Shown one piece after another: positions 1 to 10,541 of a DNA stretch of 64,000 bases. The notes under the pieces are model-generated. The model made no database searches and was not told the DNA's origin. It worked only from the letters and a program-made list of their open reading frames with translations. Made by a program: the position numbers and the translations under genes. Each line of letters opens with the position of its first letter. The first letter of the stretch is position 1. This DNA comes from Chloroflexia bacterium (GTDB lineage Bacteria; Chloroflexota; Chloroflexia; Thermomicrobiales; CADCWN01), in the NCBI GenBank assembly GCA_039810045.1, contig JBDHWF010000001.1, positions 846-64,845 of the forward strand, written 5' to 3'.

Positions 1-764
1 GTTCCGCTGGCAACAGTTCCACCCGCATTATTGGCCCCTCCATCGCCGGAGTTTTGATCGGCCTTGTGGGCTTGGCTGGTTGCTTCATCTCTCAGGCCGG
101 CACGCTACTGATCGCCGCATTCCTCACCTTCGGTATTCGGCTCTCAGCAACGACGAAACCGGGCGGGACCCTGCCTGGTGGCGTCCTTGATGGCCTGCGC
201 ATCATTCGGCGCGACCGCACCCTTTCAGGGCTGCTCCTCCTTGGAGCAGCACCCGCCCTGCTCGCCTACCCTTATGTCCAGATGTTGCCAGTCTTTGTGC
301 GCGATATTCTCCACCTGGATGCTCAGGGCTTGGGGCTGATTATGGGCGCCAGTGGCGTTGGTTCATTTTGTGGCGCATTAGCGATCGCGGGCTTCCACCG
401 CTACCCGCACAAAGGGCGGCTCACCCTGATCCTGGGCATTATCTACGGCTTCATACTCACCGCCTTTGCCGCCTCGCGCAACCCAATCTTCAGTGGCTTG
501 CTCCTGGCCTGTTCGGCCTTCCTTGGCTCAGCCTTTTATTCGGGTAATCAGATTCTGGTCCAAACGCACACAAGCGAAGCAATGCGTGGGCGCGTGATGG
601 GCGCACTCGCGCTGAGCTTTGGGCTCACCCCAGTTGGCGCGCTACTGCTGGGCTGGTTAGCCCAGCGGTTGGGGGTCTCGTGGGGCATTACGCTCTGCTC
701 ACTGGGATCTAGCCTCTGTATCGCCCTGATCGGCTGGCGTTATCGGCACATCGCCACGCTTTAA
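1..764 (+). CDS. MFS transporter, C-terminal part (5' end lies outside the window)
   Basis: Frame 3 is open from base 3 (SAGNSSTRIIGPSIAGVLIGLVG...) into the 54..764 ORF. It has several hydrophobic TM segments and resembles the full-length MFS at 23825..25183 (NTSRIIGPAAGGVLIA...). Confidence 0.75.
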   Translation, partial: SAGNSSTRIIGPSIAGVLIGLVGLAGCFISQAGTLLIAAFLTFGIRLSATTKPGGTLPGGVLDGLRIIRRDRTLSGLLLLGAAPALLAYPYVQMLPVFVRDILHLDAQGLGLIMGASGVGSFCGALAIAGFHRYPHKGRLTLILGIIYGFILTAFAASRNPIFSGLLLACSAFLGSAFYSGNQILVQTHTSEAMRGRVMGALALSFGLTPVGALLLGWLAQRLGVSWGITLCSLGSSLCIALIGWRYRHIATL

Positions 765-1351
765 GGCTGGCGATCGGCGGCCAACGTCAGGGGAAGTTGC
801 CCTGGGAAATCACCCACGACGGGCAGGCCCAACTGCCGCCGTTTCAGTTCAATCTCCCCAATATGCAGATAATGGTGCGCGATAATCCGCAGCAATGCGT
901 AGCGCAATGGGAGAGAGCCATGCGCCCTAACTCCGCGTACTGAACCTGTGTACGGTATCTCCCGCAGCAAATCGGCCTCGCCCAACGGTGCCAAAAATGC
1001 CGCTGCCTGCATCCGTACCTCGCGTACGGCGGCCACAACTGTGCCCCAATCCTCAGCCACCCCACTGCCCCCGGCGCGGAATTGTGGCTGACCGATCAAC
1101 GCCTGCACAGGCAATCCCTGAAATCGTCCGTTGATCCAGCTATCGACCAATTCCGTGACGTGGGCGTAGGTCCAGGCGAATGAACTCCCCTGACCATCTT
1201 CGGCCCGTTCCACCAACACCGCTGGTTCTAACCCCGCCAGGGCGCGGTCAACATCATCCCAGGCATCAAAGACCGCGCCAATCAGCAGTGTCTGTGCCGG
1301 CGGCAGCGGTCTTTCAGGATCACTCCTAACCCCAGTCACCTTCATCCTCAC
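761..1351 (-). CDS. DinB-family (DinB_2-like four-helix bundle) protein
   Basis: C-terminal IIAHHYLHIGEI histidine motif and overall length are typical of DinB/YfiT-like metal-binding proteins. The start is GTG 1351 or ATG 1345. It overlaps the upstream small ORF. Confidence 0.65.
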   Translation of the reverse strand: MRMKVTGVRSDPERPLPPAQTLLIGAVFDAWDDVDRALAGLEPAVLVERAEDGQGSSFAWTYAHVTELVDSWINGRFQGLPVQALIGQPQFRAGGSGVAEDWGTVVAAVREVRMQAAAFLAPLGEADLLREIPYTGSVRGVRAHGSLPLRYALLRIIAHHYLHIGEIELKRRQLGLPVVGDFPGQLPLTLAADRQP

Positions 1352-1553
1352 GCTCCAGACTCCGTTGCCGGGCCTGACGCTGCATTGCGCGATTGTGCCA
1401 GGAGATCATCAGTTCTGTCAGATCAGCGGCTGAACCAACCGAGCGGAGTTGTGCAAACTCAGCGGCGAACTGCTCCTGTTCCTCAGCCTGTAGCCAGACT
1501 GTCCAGGCAAAGAGATAGTCAGTTGGGCCTGGAGGACGATCACTATCGAACAT
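1326..1553 (-). CDS. small hypothetical protein (75 aa, helical, acidic C-terminus)
   Basis: ATG is preceded by GGGAGAGAGGAAG. It overlaps the epimerase stop by 11 nt and the DinB start by 26 nt, suggesting coupling. I recognise no family. Confidence 0.4.
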   Translation of the reverse strand: MFDSDRPPGPTDYLFAWTVWLQAEEQEQFAAEFAQLRSVGSAADLTELMISWHNRAMQRQARQRSLEREDEGDWG

Positions 1554-2565
1554 TTACGCGCACTTCCTCTCTCCCACCAGGGCCATCACGATCATCGTTA
1601 CTGGGGGTCATCACTGGTACACCGAGTTGCTCACGCCACCAATTGAGGACATCGCAGAGGGAATCGGTAAAGGGGATCGAGGGCGCCCAACCAGTAGTCG
1701 TCCGCAGGCGCGTTGTGTCAGCTACAATCAGCGGCACATCGGCTGGGCGCAGTCGTTCAGGATCAGTCTCCACGGTGATCGTCGCGTGCGATAGCGCGAG
1801 CAACTGATTCAGTGCGTCACTGATTGACACGGCAACACCGCTGCCAATGTTATAGACCGCCCCAGGCTCGCCGCGAATGAGCGCCAGGTAGTAGGCCTGG
1901 ACAACATCGCGCACATCGAGAAAGTCACGCTGTGCTTCAAGGTTGCCCACGCGCACTACTGGCGCACAGCGCCCTGCTTCAATTTCGGCGATCTGCCGGG
2001 CAAAGGCTGAAATCACAAAGCGATCGCTCTGGCCCGGACCAATATGATTGAAGGCGCGCACGCGAATCACTGGCAACCCATAGGCCAGAAAATATTGTAA
2101 TCCCAGATAATCTTGCGCCACTTTACTGACCGCATAGGGGCTGGTAGGGCGCAGTGGATTATCCTCACGCAGGGGCATTTCGGCGGGCGTAGCCAGGCCA
2201 TACTCCTCACCCGAAGCAACAATCAACACGCGTGGCAACGCGGCAAGAGTACGACAGGCATCGAGAAGATGCGTTTGCCCGATGATATTGTTCATCAGGG
2301 TGGCCCCATGATCATGGTGCGAGGTGGGGACGTGGCTCTGAGCGGCCAGGTGAAAAACATAATCAGGCGCGATCTCGGCAATCGTTGCCTGCACCTGCTC
2401 CCGATCAAGCAGATCAAGTGAAACGGCGGTATACCCGTGCGCTCCTGTTGGCGCAGCTTGTCGCTGCGTTCCATAGAGCGTCCAATCAGTGCTCGCTACT
2501 AATCGCTGCACTAAGTGCGGGCCTGCAAACCCACCAACGCCAGTAATCAGGGCTCGCAAACGCAC
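1543..2565 (-). CDS. NAD-dependent epimerase/dehydratase (GDP-6-deoxy-hexulose reductase-like SDR)
   Basis: N-terminal Rossmann motif ITGVGGFAGPHL, a YAVSK catalytic Tyr-x3-Lys, and length of 340 aa. Confidence 0.8.
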   Translation of the reverse strand: MRLRALITGVGGFAGPHLVQRLVASTDWTLYGTQRQAAPTGAHGYTAVSLDLLDREQVQATIAEIAPDYVFHLAAQSHVPTSHHDHGATLMNNIIGQTHLLDACRTLAALPRVLIVASGEEYGLATPAEMPLREDNPLRPTSPYAVSKVAQDYLGLQYFLAYGLPVIRVRAFNHIGPGQSDRFVISAFARQIAEIEAGRCAPVVRVGNLEAQRDFLDVRDVVQAYYLALIRGEPGAVYNIGSGVAVSISDALNQLLALSHATITVETDPERLRPADVPLIVADTTRLRTTTGWAPSIPFTDSLCDVLNWWREQLGVPVMTPSNDDRDGPGGREEVRVNVR

Positions 2566-2666
2566 ACTCTCCGCTTCAATCGATTATTCAACGGCCCTAC
2601 TGCTCTGGTTGCTCTGTCCGCCCAGAGCGATTTTACCATACTGCCTCTCAGCTACTCAGTCGCAAG

Positions 2667-2705
2667 CAACAAAAGTGGTGGCGGAGACTTAAGCTCCACC
2701 ACCAC
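2667..2705 (-). terminator. intrinsic terminator downstream of metK
   Basis: Minus strand reads GTGGTGGTGGAGC-TTAA-GTCTCCGCCACCAC followed by TTTTGTTG, 38 nt after the metK stop. Confidence 0.65.
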
Positions 2706-2742
2706 TGAATATTGCTATTGCGCTGACTCTGCTGGAAAGAAC

Positions 2743-3957
2743 TTAGAGGCCCGCATCTTTGCGGAGCACATCAGCCTTGGTTGTTTGTTCCCAGGGCAGG
2801 TCGAGGTCTGGGCGTCCGAAATGCCCAAACGCCGCGGTCTGCCGATAAATCGGGCGGCGCAGGTCGAGGGCATGGATGATTGCGCCTGGTCGCAGGTCAA
2901 AATGCTTGTCAATCAGCTCTAGAATCCGTTCATCGGCAATTTTCCCAGTGCCGAATGTCTCGACGCTGATCGAGAGTGGGTGCGCTACCCCAATCGCGTA
3001 GGAAAGCTGCAGTTCACAACGGTCGGCCAACCCAGCCGCTACGACATTCTTCGCCACCCACCGCGCAGCATACGCCGCCGAGCGGTCGACCTTGGTTGAA
3101 TCCTTCCCGGAGAATGCGCCACCACCGTGTCGCGCCATGCCGCCATAGGTATCAACAATGATCTTGCGCCCGGTCAACCCTGCATCACCCATCGGGCCAC
3201 CGATAGTAAAGCGACCACTGGGATTGATGAAGATATTGGTCTTGGTATCGATCATCCCTTCGGGGATTACCTCACCAATAATCTGCGAGCGAACATCGCG
3301 TTCCAATTGCTCATTGGTGACCTCTGGCGCGTGCTGCGTCGAGATCACCACGGCATCAACGCGCACAGGCTTGCCCATCTGGTATTCCACTGTGACCTGG
3401 CTCTTGCCATCGGGGCGCAGGTAGGGCAATGAGCCATTCCGCCGCGCCTCTGAGAGTTGTCGCGTCAGGGCGTGGGCCAATGAGATCGGCAAGGGCATCA
3501 GTTCAGGCGTTTCATTGCAGGCGAACCCCACCATCATCCCCTGATCACCAGCCCCAACAGACGCTATATCGTCGTGCTGCTGCTGTTCGCCAGAGCGCTC
3601 CTCCAGGGCCGTCGTCACTCCATCGGAAATCTCGTGCGACTGCTCCTTGATCGCCACCATGACAGCGCAGGTATTGGCATCAAAGCCTGACTCGCTGTTG
3701 CTGAAGCCAATATCGTTGATCACCTCGCGAACCAACGACTGAATATCCACATAGGCTTTGGTCGTGATCTCCCCAAAGACCAGCACCAGGCCAGTCGTAG
3801 TAGCGGTTTCACACGCTACACGACCCTGCGGATCGTCCTTCATAATCGCATCAAGAACAGCATCGGAGATCTGATCGCAGAGTTTATCAGGATGGCCTTC
3901 TGTCACCGATTCTGAGGTGAAAAACAGTTGCGGCGACTGCATAAATGTCGTGCTCAT
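2743..3957 (-). CDS. metK: S-adenosylmethionine synthetase
   Basis: [37 protein letters not shown] and GGGAFSGKD signature blocks. The SD is GGAAGGA. Confidence 0.97.
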   Translation of the reverse strand: MSTTFMQSPQLFFTSESVTEGHPDKLCDQISDAVLDAIMKDDPQGRVACETATTTGLVLVFGEITTKAYVDIQSLVREVINDIGFSNSESGFDANTCAVMVAIKEQSHEISDGVTTALEERSGEQQQHDDIASVGAGDQGMMVGFACNETPELMPLPISLAHALTRQLSEARRNGSLPYLRPDGKSQVTVEYQMGKPVRVDAVVISTQHAPEVTNEQLERDVRSQIIGEVIPEGMIDTKTNIFINPSGRFTIGGPMGDAGLTGRKIIVDTYGGMARHGGGAFSGKDSTKVDRSAAYAARWVAKNVVAAGLADRCELQLSYAIGVAHPLSISVETFGTGKIADERILELIDKHFDLRPGAIIHALDLRRPIYRQTAAFGHFGRPDLDLPWEQTTKADVLRKDAGL

Positions 3958-4022
3958 CGACTGTTCCTTCCTTATCAGCTAGCGGGCAGAGCGCACTGCT
4001 GCGGTCTGCCCTGTACTATTCT

Positions 4023-5345
<1,323 letters not shown>

Positions 5346-5365
5346 TCACGTATCTGTGCGTAGCG

Positions 5366-6340
5366 TCACTCTGCGGTTGGTGGTTGCAGATCCGCGCTCA
5401 GGCGCGGCATATCTGGGAAACTCTCATTGAAGCGCGCGGCGAACTCTGCCGGAGTGTACTGGTGCGCCTGCGTGCCAAGGTGTTCAACAGCGTACGTTGC
5501 GGCCTGGGTCGCCAGCCGACCAACCATCTCCAGCGGGAAGCCCCGCGTGAGACCCAGCAAAAGGCCGCTACGGAAGGCATCGCCTGCCCCAGTGGGGTCA
5601 ACAACCTGCTTTGGTGGCGCAGCTGGAATCGTGTACACCTCGCCGCCAGCGGCGATCTCTGCGCCGCGCTCACCAAGGGTGGTCACGATCATCGTCGCGC
5701 GTTGGCGCAGTTCCGCTTTACTGAAACCAGTCTTCTGCTCGATCAGGGCGATCTCGTAATCGTTACCGATGACGACGTGTGCCCCGGTCAGGCCTTCACG
5801 AACGTTGTCATCAGAGAGGATCGGCAGGTTCATACCCAGGTCGTAGATATAGGGCAGCCCTAACTCGCGACATTCACCAGGGTAGCGCAGCATAGCCGTC
5901 AGCGAATTCGCTGAGACAACCGCCATCGTTGTCTCGGCTGTCACCACTTCACGCAGTGGCTTCTCTCCAGCGCGGTTCATCGCGCCAGGATAAAACCCGG
6001 TAATCTGATTATTGGCATCGTCGGTAGTAATAAATGCCGATGCAGTCGCGTCGTTGTCGATGATCGTCGCCGCGCTCGTATCAACCCCAACCGCGGTTAA
6101 GGCGTCCAGGTAAGCGGCAGCATCATTGCCAGCAGCGACAACAAGCTGTGGTTGTAGGCCAAGCAGGGCCGCATTGTAAGCGATATTCCCGCCCGTACCA
6201 CCTCGTTTCTTCTCCAGCGAAGAAACCAGAAATGAGAGATTAATAATGTGCAATTTGTCGGGCAAGAGATGGTCTTTGAAGTAGCCAGTAAATCGCATAA
6301 TGTGGTCATATGCCAATGACCCAGTAACAATTACGCTCAC
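5366..6340 (-). CDS. PfkB-family carbohydrate/nucleoside kinase, adenosine-kinase-like
   Basis: N-terminal VIVTGSLAYD and C-terminal DPTGAGDAFRSG PfkB signatures. The start is set to GTG 6340 (GGAGGGA 10 nt upstream), so the CDS lies downstream of the riboswitch terminator. The adenosine-kinase assignment rests on operon context with ahcY and metK. Confidence 0.7.
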   Translation of the reverse strand: MSVIVTGSLAYDHIMRFTGYFKDHLLPDKLHIINLSFLVSSLEKKRGGTGGNIAYNAALLGLQPQLVVAAGNDAAAYLDALTAVGVDTSAATIIDNDATASAFITTDDANNQITGFYPGAMNRAGEKPLREVVTAETTMAVVSANSLTAMLRYPGECRELGLPYIYDLGMNLPILSDDNVREGLTGAHVVIGNDYEIALIEQKTGFSKAELRQRATMIVTTLGERGAEIAAGGEVYTIPAAPPKQVVDPTGAGDAFRSGLLLGLTRGFPLEMVGRLATQAATYAVEHLGTQAHQYTPAEFAARFNESFPDMPRLSADLQPPTAE

Positions 6341-6382
6341 TGCTGTGTGATCCCTCCTATTCCGAAATGCCAGTTGTCCAGA

Positions 6383-6420
6383 CAACAAAAAGCCCTACAT
6401 CGCACACGGCGAGCAGGGGC
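6383..6420 (-). terminator. riboswitch expression-platform terminator
   Basis: Minus strand reads GCCCCTGCTCGCCGTGTGCGATGTAGGGC + TTTTTGTTG. The GCCCCT arm can alternatively pair with the upstream AGGGGC. Confidence 0.6.
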
Positions 6421-6438
6421 ATAGAAAGAGAGCCCCTA

Positions 6439-6572
6439 CTCTCATCTCTCAAACCTGTGGCAAATCCACGCCATTGGCAGGTCTGTCGGAATTGGCACCG
6501 CTGCACAGCGAGACTTCGCTTGCCGGTTGCCGGGCGTCACTGGGCCGATCCCTCAGCCGCTCCCGATAAGAG
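6439..6572 (-). promoter_or_regulatory. SAM-I (S-box) riboswitch
   Basis: Minus strand reads CTCTTATCGGGAGCGGCTGAGGGATCGGCCCAGTGACGCCCGGCAACC...GCGGTGCCAATTCCGACAG...GAGAGATGAGAG. This matches the S-box conserved blocks, with a P1 helix of CTCTTATC/GATGAGAG. Confidence 0.92.
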
Positions 6573-6597
6573 TAGTGTGCTTGAATTGTCGCGCCGC

Positions 6598-6626
6598 AGT
6601 GTAGCATAATGGCGGCAGGGCTGCAA
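6598..6626 (-). promoter_or_regulatory. candidate sigma70-type promoter for the riboswitch operon
   Basis: Minus strand reads TTGCAG-17 nt-TACACT, about 25 nt upstream of the riboswitch P1. Confidence 0.4.
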
Positions 6627-6631
6627 TGCGC

Positions 6632-7792
6632 CTACGGCGCAGTAGCCCCCAGAGCAGCCAGAACCACCTGCACATCAGCTAGCGCCACATCATCGCGAAT
6701 GATTACTTCACCTGGCACCGTGGGCAAGATCCAATGGACCCGCCCGGCCTGCACCTTCTTATCACTGCCAAATCGCGCGATCAGGGCAGCAACCGAACAG
6801 CCATTGATCGCTGCTGGCAGCCCAAATGCATCAAACAGTTCATCAACCAGCTGCACCAGATCCTCGCTGCTACAGCCATACCGTACCGCCACTCGCGCTA
6901 CAGCACGGGTGCCCAGGGCAACGGCTTCGCCGTGCGTATAGCGACCATAGCCAGCGACCGCCTCAATCGCGTGCCCGATGGTGTGGCCCAGGTTCAGCAC
7001 CCGCCGCAGGCCAGTTTCGCGCTCATCTTGCTCGACCACTGCCGCCTTAATCCGCAGGCACTGGGTAATCACTGTGGAACAGGCTGGCTCTGCTAACGCC
7101 CGCAAAGCAGGCCCCTCCTCGCGCAAGAGGGGCAACAATCGCGGGCCGGTCAACTGCGGCACACTGCCATCGAAGAAGGCATATTTGATCACCTCGGCCC
7201 ACCCAGAGCGCTGTTCACGCGGCGAGAGCGTGGCGAGCAGGGCGGGGTCAACCACCACCAACTCTGGCTGCAAAAAAGCACCAACTAGGTTCTTCCCCGC
7301 TGGCAGGTTCACCGCCGTCTTGCCACCAACACTACTGTCAACCATTGCCAAGAGTGATAGCGGCACCTGGATAAATGGCACGCCACGCAGATACGTTGCC
7401 GCGACAAAGCCAACCAGATCGCCAACTACCCCGCCCCCAAAGGCGATCAACGGTTCACGGCGCTCGGCCCGTTCCGCCGCCAGCCACTCGTAGAGGATCG
7501 TGGCCTGGGCCAGCGACTTGCTGGGTTCTCCATCAGGAATCGTTTGCAGGCAGAGCTGAAGATCAGCCGCCTGCAAGCTCGCCACCAGGGCGGCACCATG
7601 CGCCGCCCAGACTGGCCCCACTGTCACAACAAAGACCCGCTGTAAGGCTGGATAACGAGCGCGAATCAACGTCCCGAGTTGCGCCAATCCACCAGATGCA
7701 ATCCGAATGGTGGAGATGGTGTTGCCAACCTTGATTTGCAGCGTATTACTAGCGCTATCAGCCAGTGCGGGAGAATACTCTTGCTGTGTCAT
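6632..7792 (-). CDS. aroB: 3-dehydroquinate synthase
   Basis: GGGVVGDLVGFVAATYLRGVPFIQVPLSLLAMVDSSVGGKTAVN and the LNLGHTIGHAIE motifs. Confidence 0.9.
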   Translation of the reverse strand: MTQQEYSPALADSASNTLQIKVGNTISTIRIASGGLAQLGTLIRARYPALQRVFVVTVGPVWAAHGAALVASLQAADLQLCLQTIPDGEPSKSLAQATILYEWLAAERAERREPLIAFGGGVVGDLVGFVAATYLRGVPFIQVPLSLLAMVDSSVGGKTAVNLPAGKNLVGAFLQPELVVVDPALLATLSPREQRSGWAEVIKYAFFDGSVPQLTGPRLLPLLREEGPALRALAEPACSTVITQCLRIKAAVVEQDERETGLRRVLNLGHTIGHAIEAVAGYGRYTHGEAVALGTRAVARVAVRYGCSSEDLVQLVDELFDAFGLPAAINGCSVAALIARFGSDKKVQAGRVHWILPTVPGEVIIRDDVALADVQVVLAALGATAP

Positions 7793-7996
7793 ACGTTCTC
7801 CGTCCCCTATTCGGTGGTATACTGCACTGAGAGATTCGTCATTACTATACGCTATTCGACTGAATTAATGGCAGCCAAATCTTCGGCATAGCGTACCATT
7901 AGCCTGAAATTGGTCTCCACCGCTATAATGGCGCAATGGACCAAAGCCCAACAATTGGGCAGATTCCGACGAAAGAAACGGAGAATACCAAACACT

Positions 7997-9376
7997 ATGC
8001 CCCATATCTTGATCGCCGAAGATGAAGAGTCCATTCGCGACCTCCTACGAGATTTCTTGCAGGGTGAAGGGTTTACAGTCAGCGAGGCCACCGATGGTCT
8101 GCAAGTGCAGACCGCCCTCACTGCGGGCGAAGTTGATCTGGTATTGATGGACGTGCGGATGCCCAAGAAAAATGGTCTGGAGGTTTTGCGCGAAGCGCCG
8201 TCCAAGCCAGAAGGGTTGCCGATCATCGTGATGACCGCCTTCGCTACGGCGAATATGGCGATTGAAGCGATTCAACTAGGGGCCTACGACTATATCGCCA
8301 AGCCGTTCGACCTTGATCATGTGCTGGTCACGATTAACAACTTTTTCAAGCGGCAGGAACTGGCGAATCAGGTTCAGGCGTTGCAAGAACAACTCGGCGA
8401 CCGCGACCCGAAGGAGCAGATCATTGGGAATACACCCGCAATGGTCGAAGTCTTCAAGACGATTGGTCGTGTCGCTCGCTCCGATGTCAATGTACTGATC
8501 ACTGGGGAAACTGGAGCAGGGAAAGAATCCGTGGCCGAGATGCTGCACAAAAACTCGCTCTACAGTCGTGGCCCACTGATCAAGGTCAACTGCGCGGCGC
8601 TCCCCGAAACATTGTTGGAAAGTGAACTGTTCGGTCACGAAAAAGGCTCATTCACTGGAGCGATTGCCCAGCACAAAGGCCGTTTCGAACAGGCAAACAA
8701 AGGCTCAATCTTCCTCGATGAAGTTGGTGAGATGACCCTGGCGACGCAAAAGAAGTTGCTGCGGGTGCTGCAAGAGCGCGAATTTGAGCGGGTGGGCGGC
8801 ACCATCACCGTGAAAGTTGACGTACGCGTGATCGCCGCAACGAACAAGAACCTGAGCCAGGAAGTGGCCGAAGGGAAGTTTCGGCAAGACCTCTACTATC
8901 GACTGAACGTGATCAATATTCACCTCCCACCGCTCCGCGAACGCAAAGAAGATATCGCCCCGCTCACCGAGCACTTCCTCAATAAGCATCGCTACTTGCC
9001 TGGTTCACCGCCCGCGCAGATCACCGAGGAAGCAATGAGCGTCCTGCTCGAACATTCCTGGCCGGGCAATGTGCGGGAATTGGAGAACACGATTCGCCGC
9101 GCTACGGTCCTTTCTCAGGGTGGTTTGATCAGTGCCGACCTGATCGTCTTCTCCTCAGCAATGGAACGCCACCTGATCGATATCAGCCAAAAGGTACGCG
9201 ATGGCGCATCGTGGGAAACGATCATCCACGAAGCCGAGCGGGCGATCCTCAACGAAGCTCTCACCCAACACAATGGCGACCGCGCGAGTGCAGCCCAGGC
9301 GCTTGACCTGACCACCGAAGCCTTTCAGGAAAAGCTCGGTGTTTATGGTTTAGGGGGGCAATTAGTCTCCCGCTAG
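7997..9376 (+). CDS. NtrC-family response regulator (REC + AAA+ sigma54-activator domain + Fis-type HTH)
   Basis: REC domain (ILIAEDEESIRDLL...DLVLMDVRMPKKNG). Walker A is GETGAGKE and the GAFTGA-like loop is GSFTGA. The C-terminal HTH is ALTQHNGDRASAAQALDL. Start is ATG 7997 (MPHILIAEDE). Confidence 0.85.
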   Translation: MPHILIAEDEESIRDLLRDFLQGEGFTVSEATDGLQVQTALTAGEVDLVLMDVRMPKKNGLEVLREAPSKPEGLPIIVMTAFATANMAIEAIQLGAYDYIAKPFDLDHVLVTINNFFKRQELANQVQALQEQLGDRDPKEQIIGNTPAMVEVFKTIGRVARSDVNVLITGETGAGKESVAEMLHKNSLYSRGPLIKVNCAALPETLLESELFGHEKGSFTGAIAQHKGRFEQANKGSIFLDEVGEMTLATQKKLLRVLQEREFERVGGTITVKVDVRVIAATNKNLSQEVAEGKFRQDLYYRLNVINIHLPPLRERKEDIAPLTEHFLNKHRYLPGSPPAQITEEAMSVLLEHSWPGNVRELENTIRRATVLSQGGLISADLIVFSSAMERHLIDISQKVRDGASWETIIHEAERAILNEALTQHNGDRASAAQALDLTTEAFQEKLGVYGLGGQLVSR

Positions 9377-9398
9377 CCCAGATTGTATCGCCTAACCA

Positions 9399-9444
9399 AA
9401 TCCCTGTTAGCAGCACAAAAAGCTGATTCTAGCAGGGATTTTTC
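9399..9444 (+). terminator. candidate terminator after the NtrC-type gene
   Basis: AATCCCTGTTAG ... CTAGCAGGGATT followed by TTTTCG. The loop is large (18 nt) and there is one mismatch. Confidence 0.4.
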
Positions 9445-9459
9445 GCGCCCATTAACCCC

Positions 9460-9488
9460 TTGACAGCAGCGCACAGAGCCGTTATACT
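9460..9488 (+). promoter_or_regulatory. consensus sigma70-type promoter
   Basis: TTGACA (9460-9465), a 17-nt spacer, then TATACT (9483-9488). Confidence 0.65.
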
Positions 9489-9494
9489 ACCTAT

Positions 9495-9508
9495 AGAACA
9501 AATGTTCT
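9495..9508 (+). promoter_or_regulatory. candidate LexA (Cheo/DinR-type) SOS box
   Basis: Perfect 14-nt palindrome AGAACAAATGTTCT (GAAC-N4-GTTC) starting 6 nt after the -10 hexamer, so it overlaps the predicted transcription start. Confidence 0.55.
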
Positions 9509-9546
9509 CTTGGTTCGTGGATAGTACAGAAAGGGAGTGCAAGCAC

Positions 9547-10194
9547 ATGAGCGAACGAACCGGACAGCCAACTGTCGAGCAGTTTGAGCCAGCCAAGTAT
9601 CTGATGAACCTGAATGGCCGTGGCGAGTATCTGGAAGTCAAGTGGCGCTTACTCTGGCTACGGACCGAACATCCAGACGCCATCATCGAGACGGAGCTTG
9701 TCCGCTTTGAGGATCGCGATGCCATCTTCAAGGCGCGGGTCAGTATTCCCAACGGGGGGACGGCCACAGGCTGGGGCAGCGAAAGCGCAGGCGATTTCCG
9801 CGATTTCCTGGAAAAAGCCGAGACCAAGGCGATTGGCCGCGCACTGGCCGCGTTAGGCTATGGCACCCAGTTTTGCCAGGACCACGAGTTCGGCGGCGAT
9901 CAGATCATCGGCGAAAACGGCCAGATGCGGATCGTCGATGCCCCAGTCGACCTGAACGCTGGGCGCAGCCGTCGCCAAGCCAGCCAGTCAGCCACAGCGG
10001 ATCAGGGCAACCAGCGCGCCACGGAGCGTCAGGTGAAGTTTATCTTCGCCATCGCCCGCGAAGCAGGGCTGGATGAGCAAGAGTTGAATACCTGGTCACA
10101 AGAACTGTATAGCCAGGATGTTGACCAGCTGAACCGTCGCGACGCCTCTACCCTGATCGAAGCCTTGCAACGGCGCCGTAACGAAGTAGCCTAA
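9547..10194 (+). CDS. Rad52/DdrA/Sak-like single-strand annealing protein candidate with an extra C-terminal helical domain
   Basis: ATG 9547 is preceded by AAGGGAG. FKARVSIPNGGTATGWGSES...FLEKAETKAIGRALAALGYG resembles the beta-hairpin plus K.A.TDA.KRAL..FG.G helix signature of the Rad52 fold. The match is by eye only. Confidence 0.5.
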   Translation: MSERTGQPTVEQFEPAKYLMNLNGRGEYLEVKWRLLWLRTEHPDAIIETELVRFEDRDAIFKARVSIPNGGTATGWGSESAGDFRDFLEKAETKAIGRALAALGYGTQFCQDHEFGGDQIIGENGQMRIVDAPVDLNAGRSRRQASQSATADQGNQRATERQVKFIFAIAREAGLDEQELNTWSQELYSQDVDQLNRRDASTLIEALQRRRNEVA

Positions 10195-10227
10195 GGCCAC
10201 TGGCGTTTGGAACGAAGGAGAACAACA

Positions 10228-10473
10228 ATGGTTCGCCGATATCGGGTAATCAATGGCCAACGAGAGCTACAACTGGTCGAAAGCGCTGGTGAGCGGATCG
10301 AACTCGAAGGCCAGCGCGACACCCTCTATCAGCGCCTGGAGCAAGGCTATCAGCGCATCGAGCGTGGTCTGGCCGATGGCAAAGATATGACGAACTGGGA
10401 AGACCTCTGGGTATCGCTGCTGCATGAATACGAGCAGGTCTGCGACGAGCTACAGCGCAATCTCGCCGCCTAA
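10228..10473 (+). CDS. small hypothetical helical protein (81 aa), second gene of the bicistron
   Basis: ATG 10228 is preceded by GAAGGAGAA. The composition is charged and coiled-coil-like (EGQRDTLYQRLEQGYQRIERGL...). I recognise no family. Confidence 0.5.
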   Translation: MVRRYRVINGQRELQLVESAGERIELEGQRDTLYQRLEQGYQRIERGLADGKDMTNWEDLWVSLLHEYEQVCDELQRNLAA

Positions 10474-10494
10474 ATCATACGAGGAGCCCAGCAT

Positions 10495-10534
10495 AGCCGC
10501 CGCCCTATCAATTAGGGCGGCGGCTTGCTATTTG
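10495..10534 (+). terminator. intrinsic terminator
   Basis: Perfect 13-bp stem AGCCGCCGCCCTA-TCAAT-TAGGGCGGCGGCT followed by TGCTATTTG. Confidence 0.7.
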
Positions 10535-10541
10535 CCCCGCA

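Noticed and set aside
6493-6505. TGGCACCGCTGCA, which looks like a sigma54 -24/-12 element.
   Set aside because: The GG-to-GC spacing is wrong. The sequence is the antisense of the conserved GGTGCCAA core of the SAM-I riboswitch.
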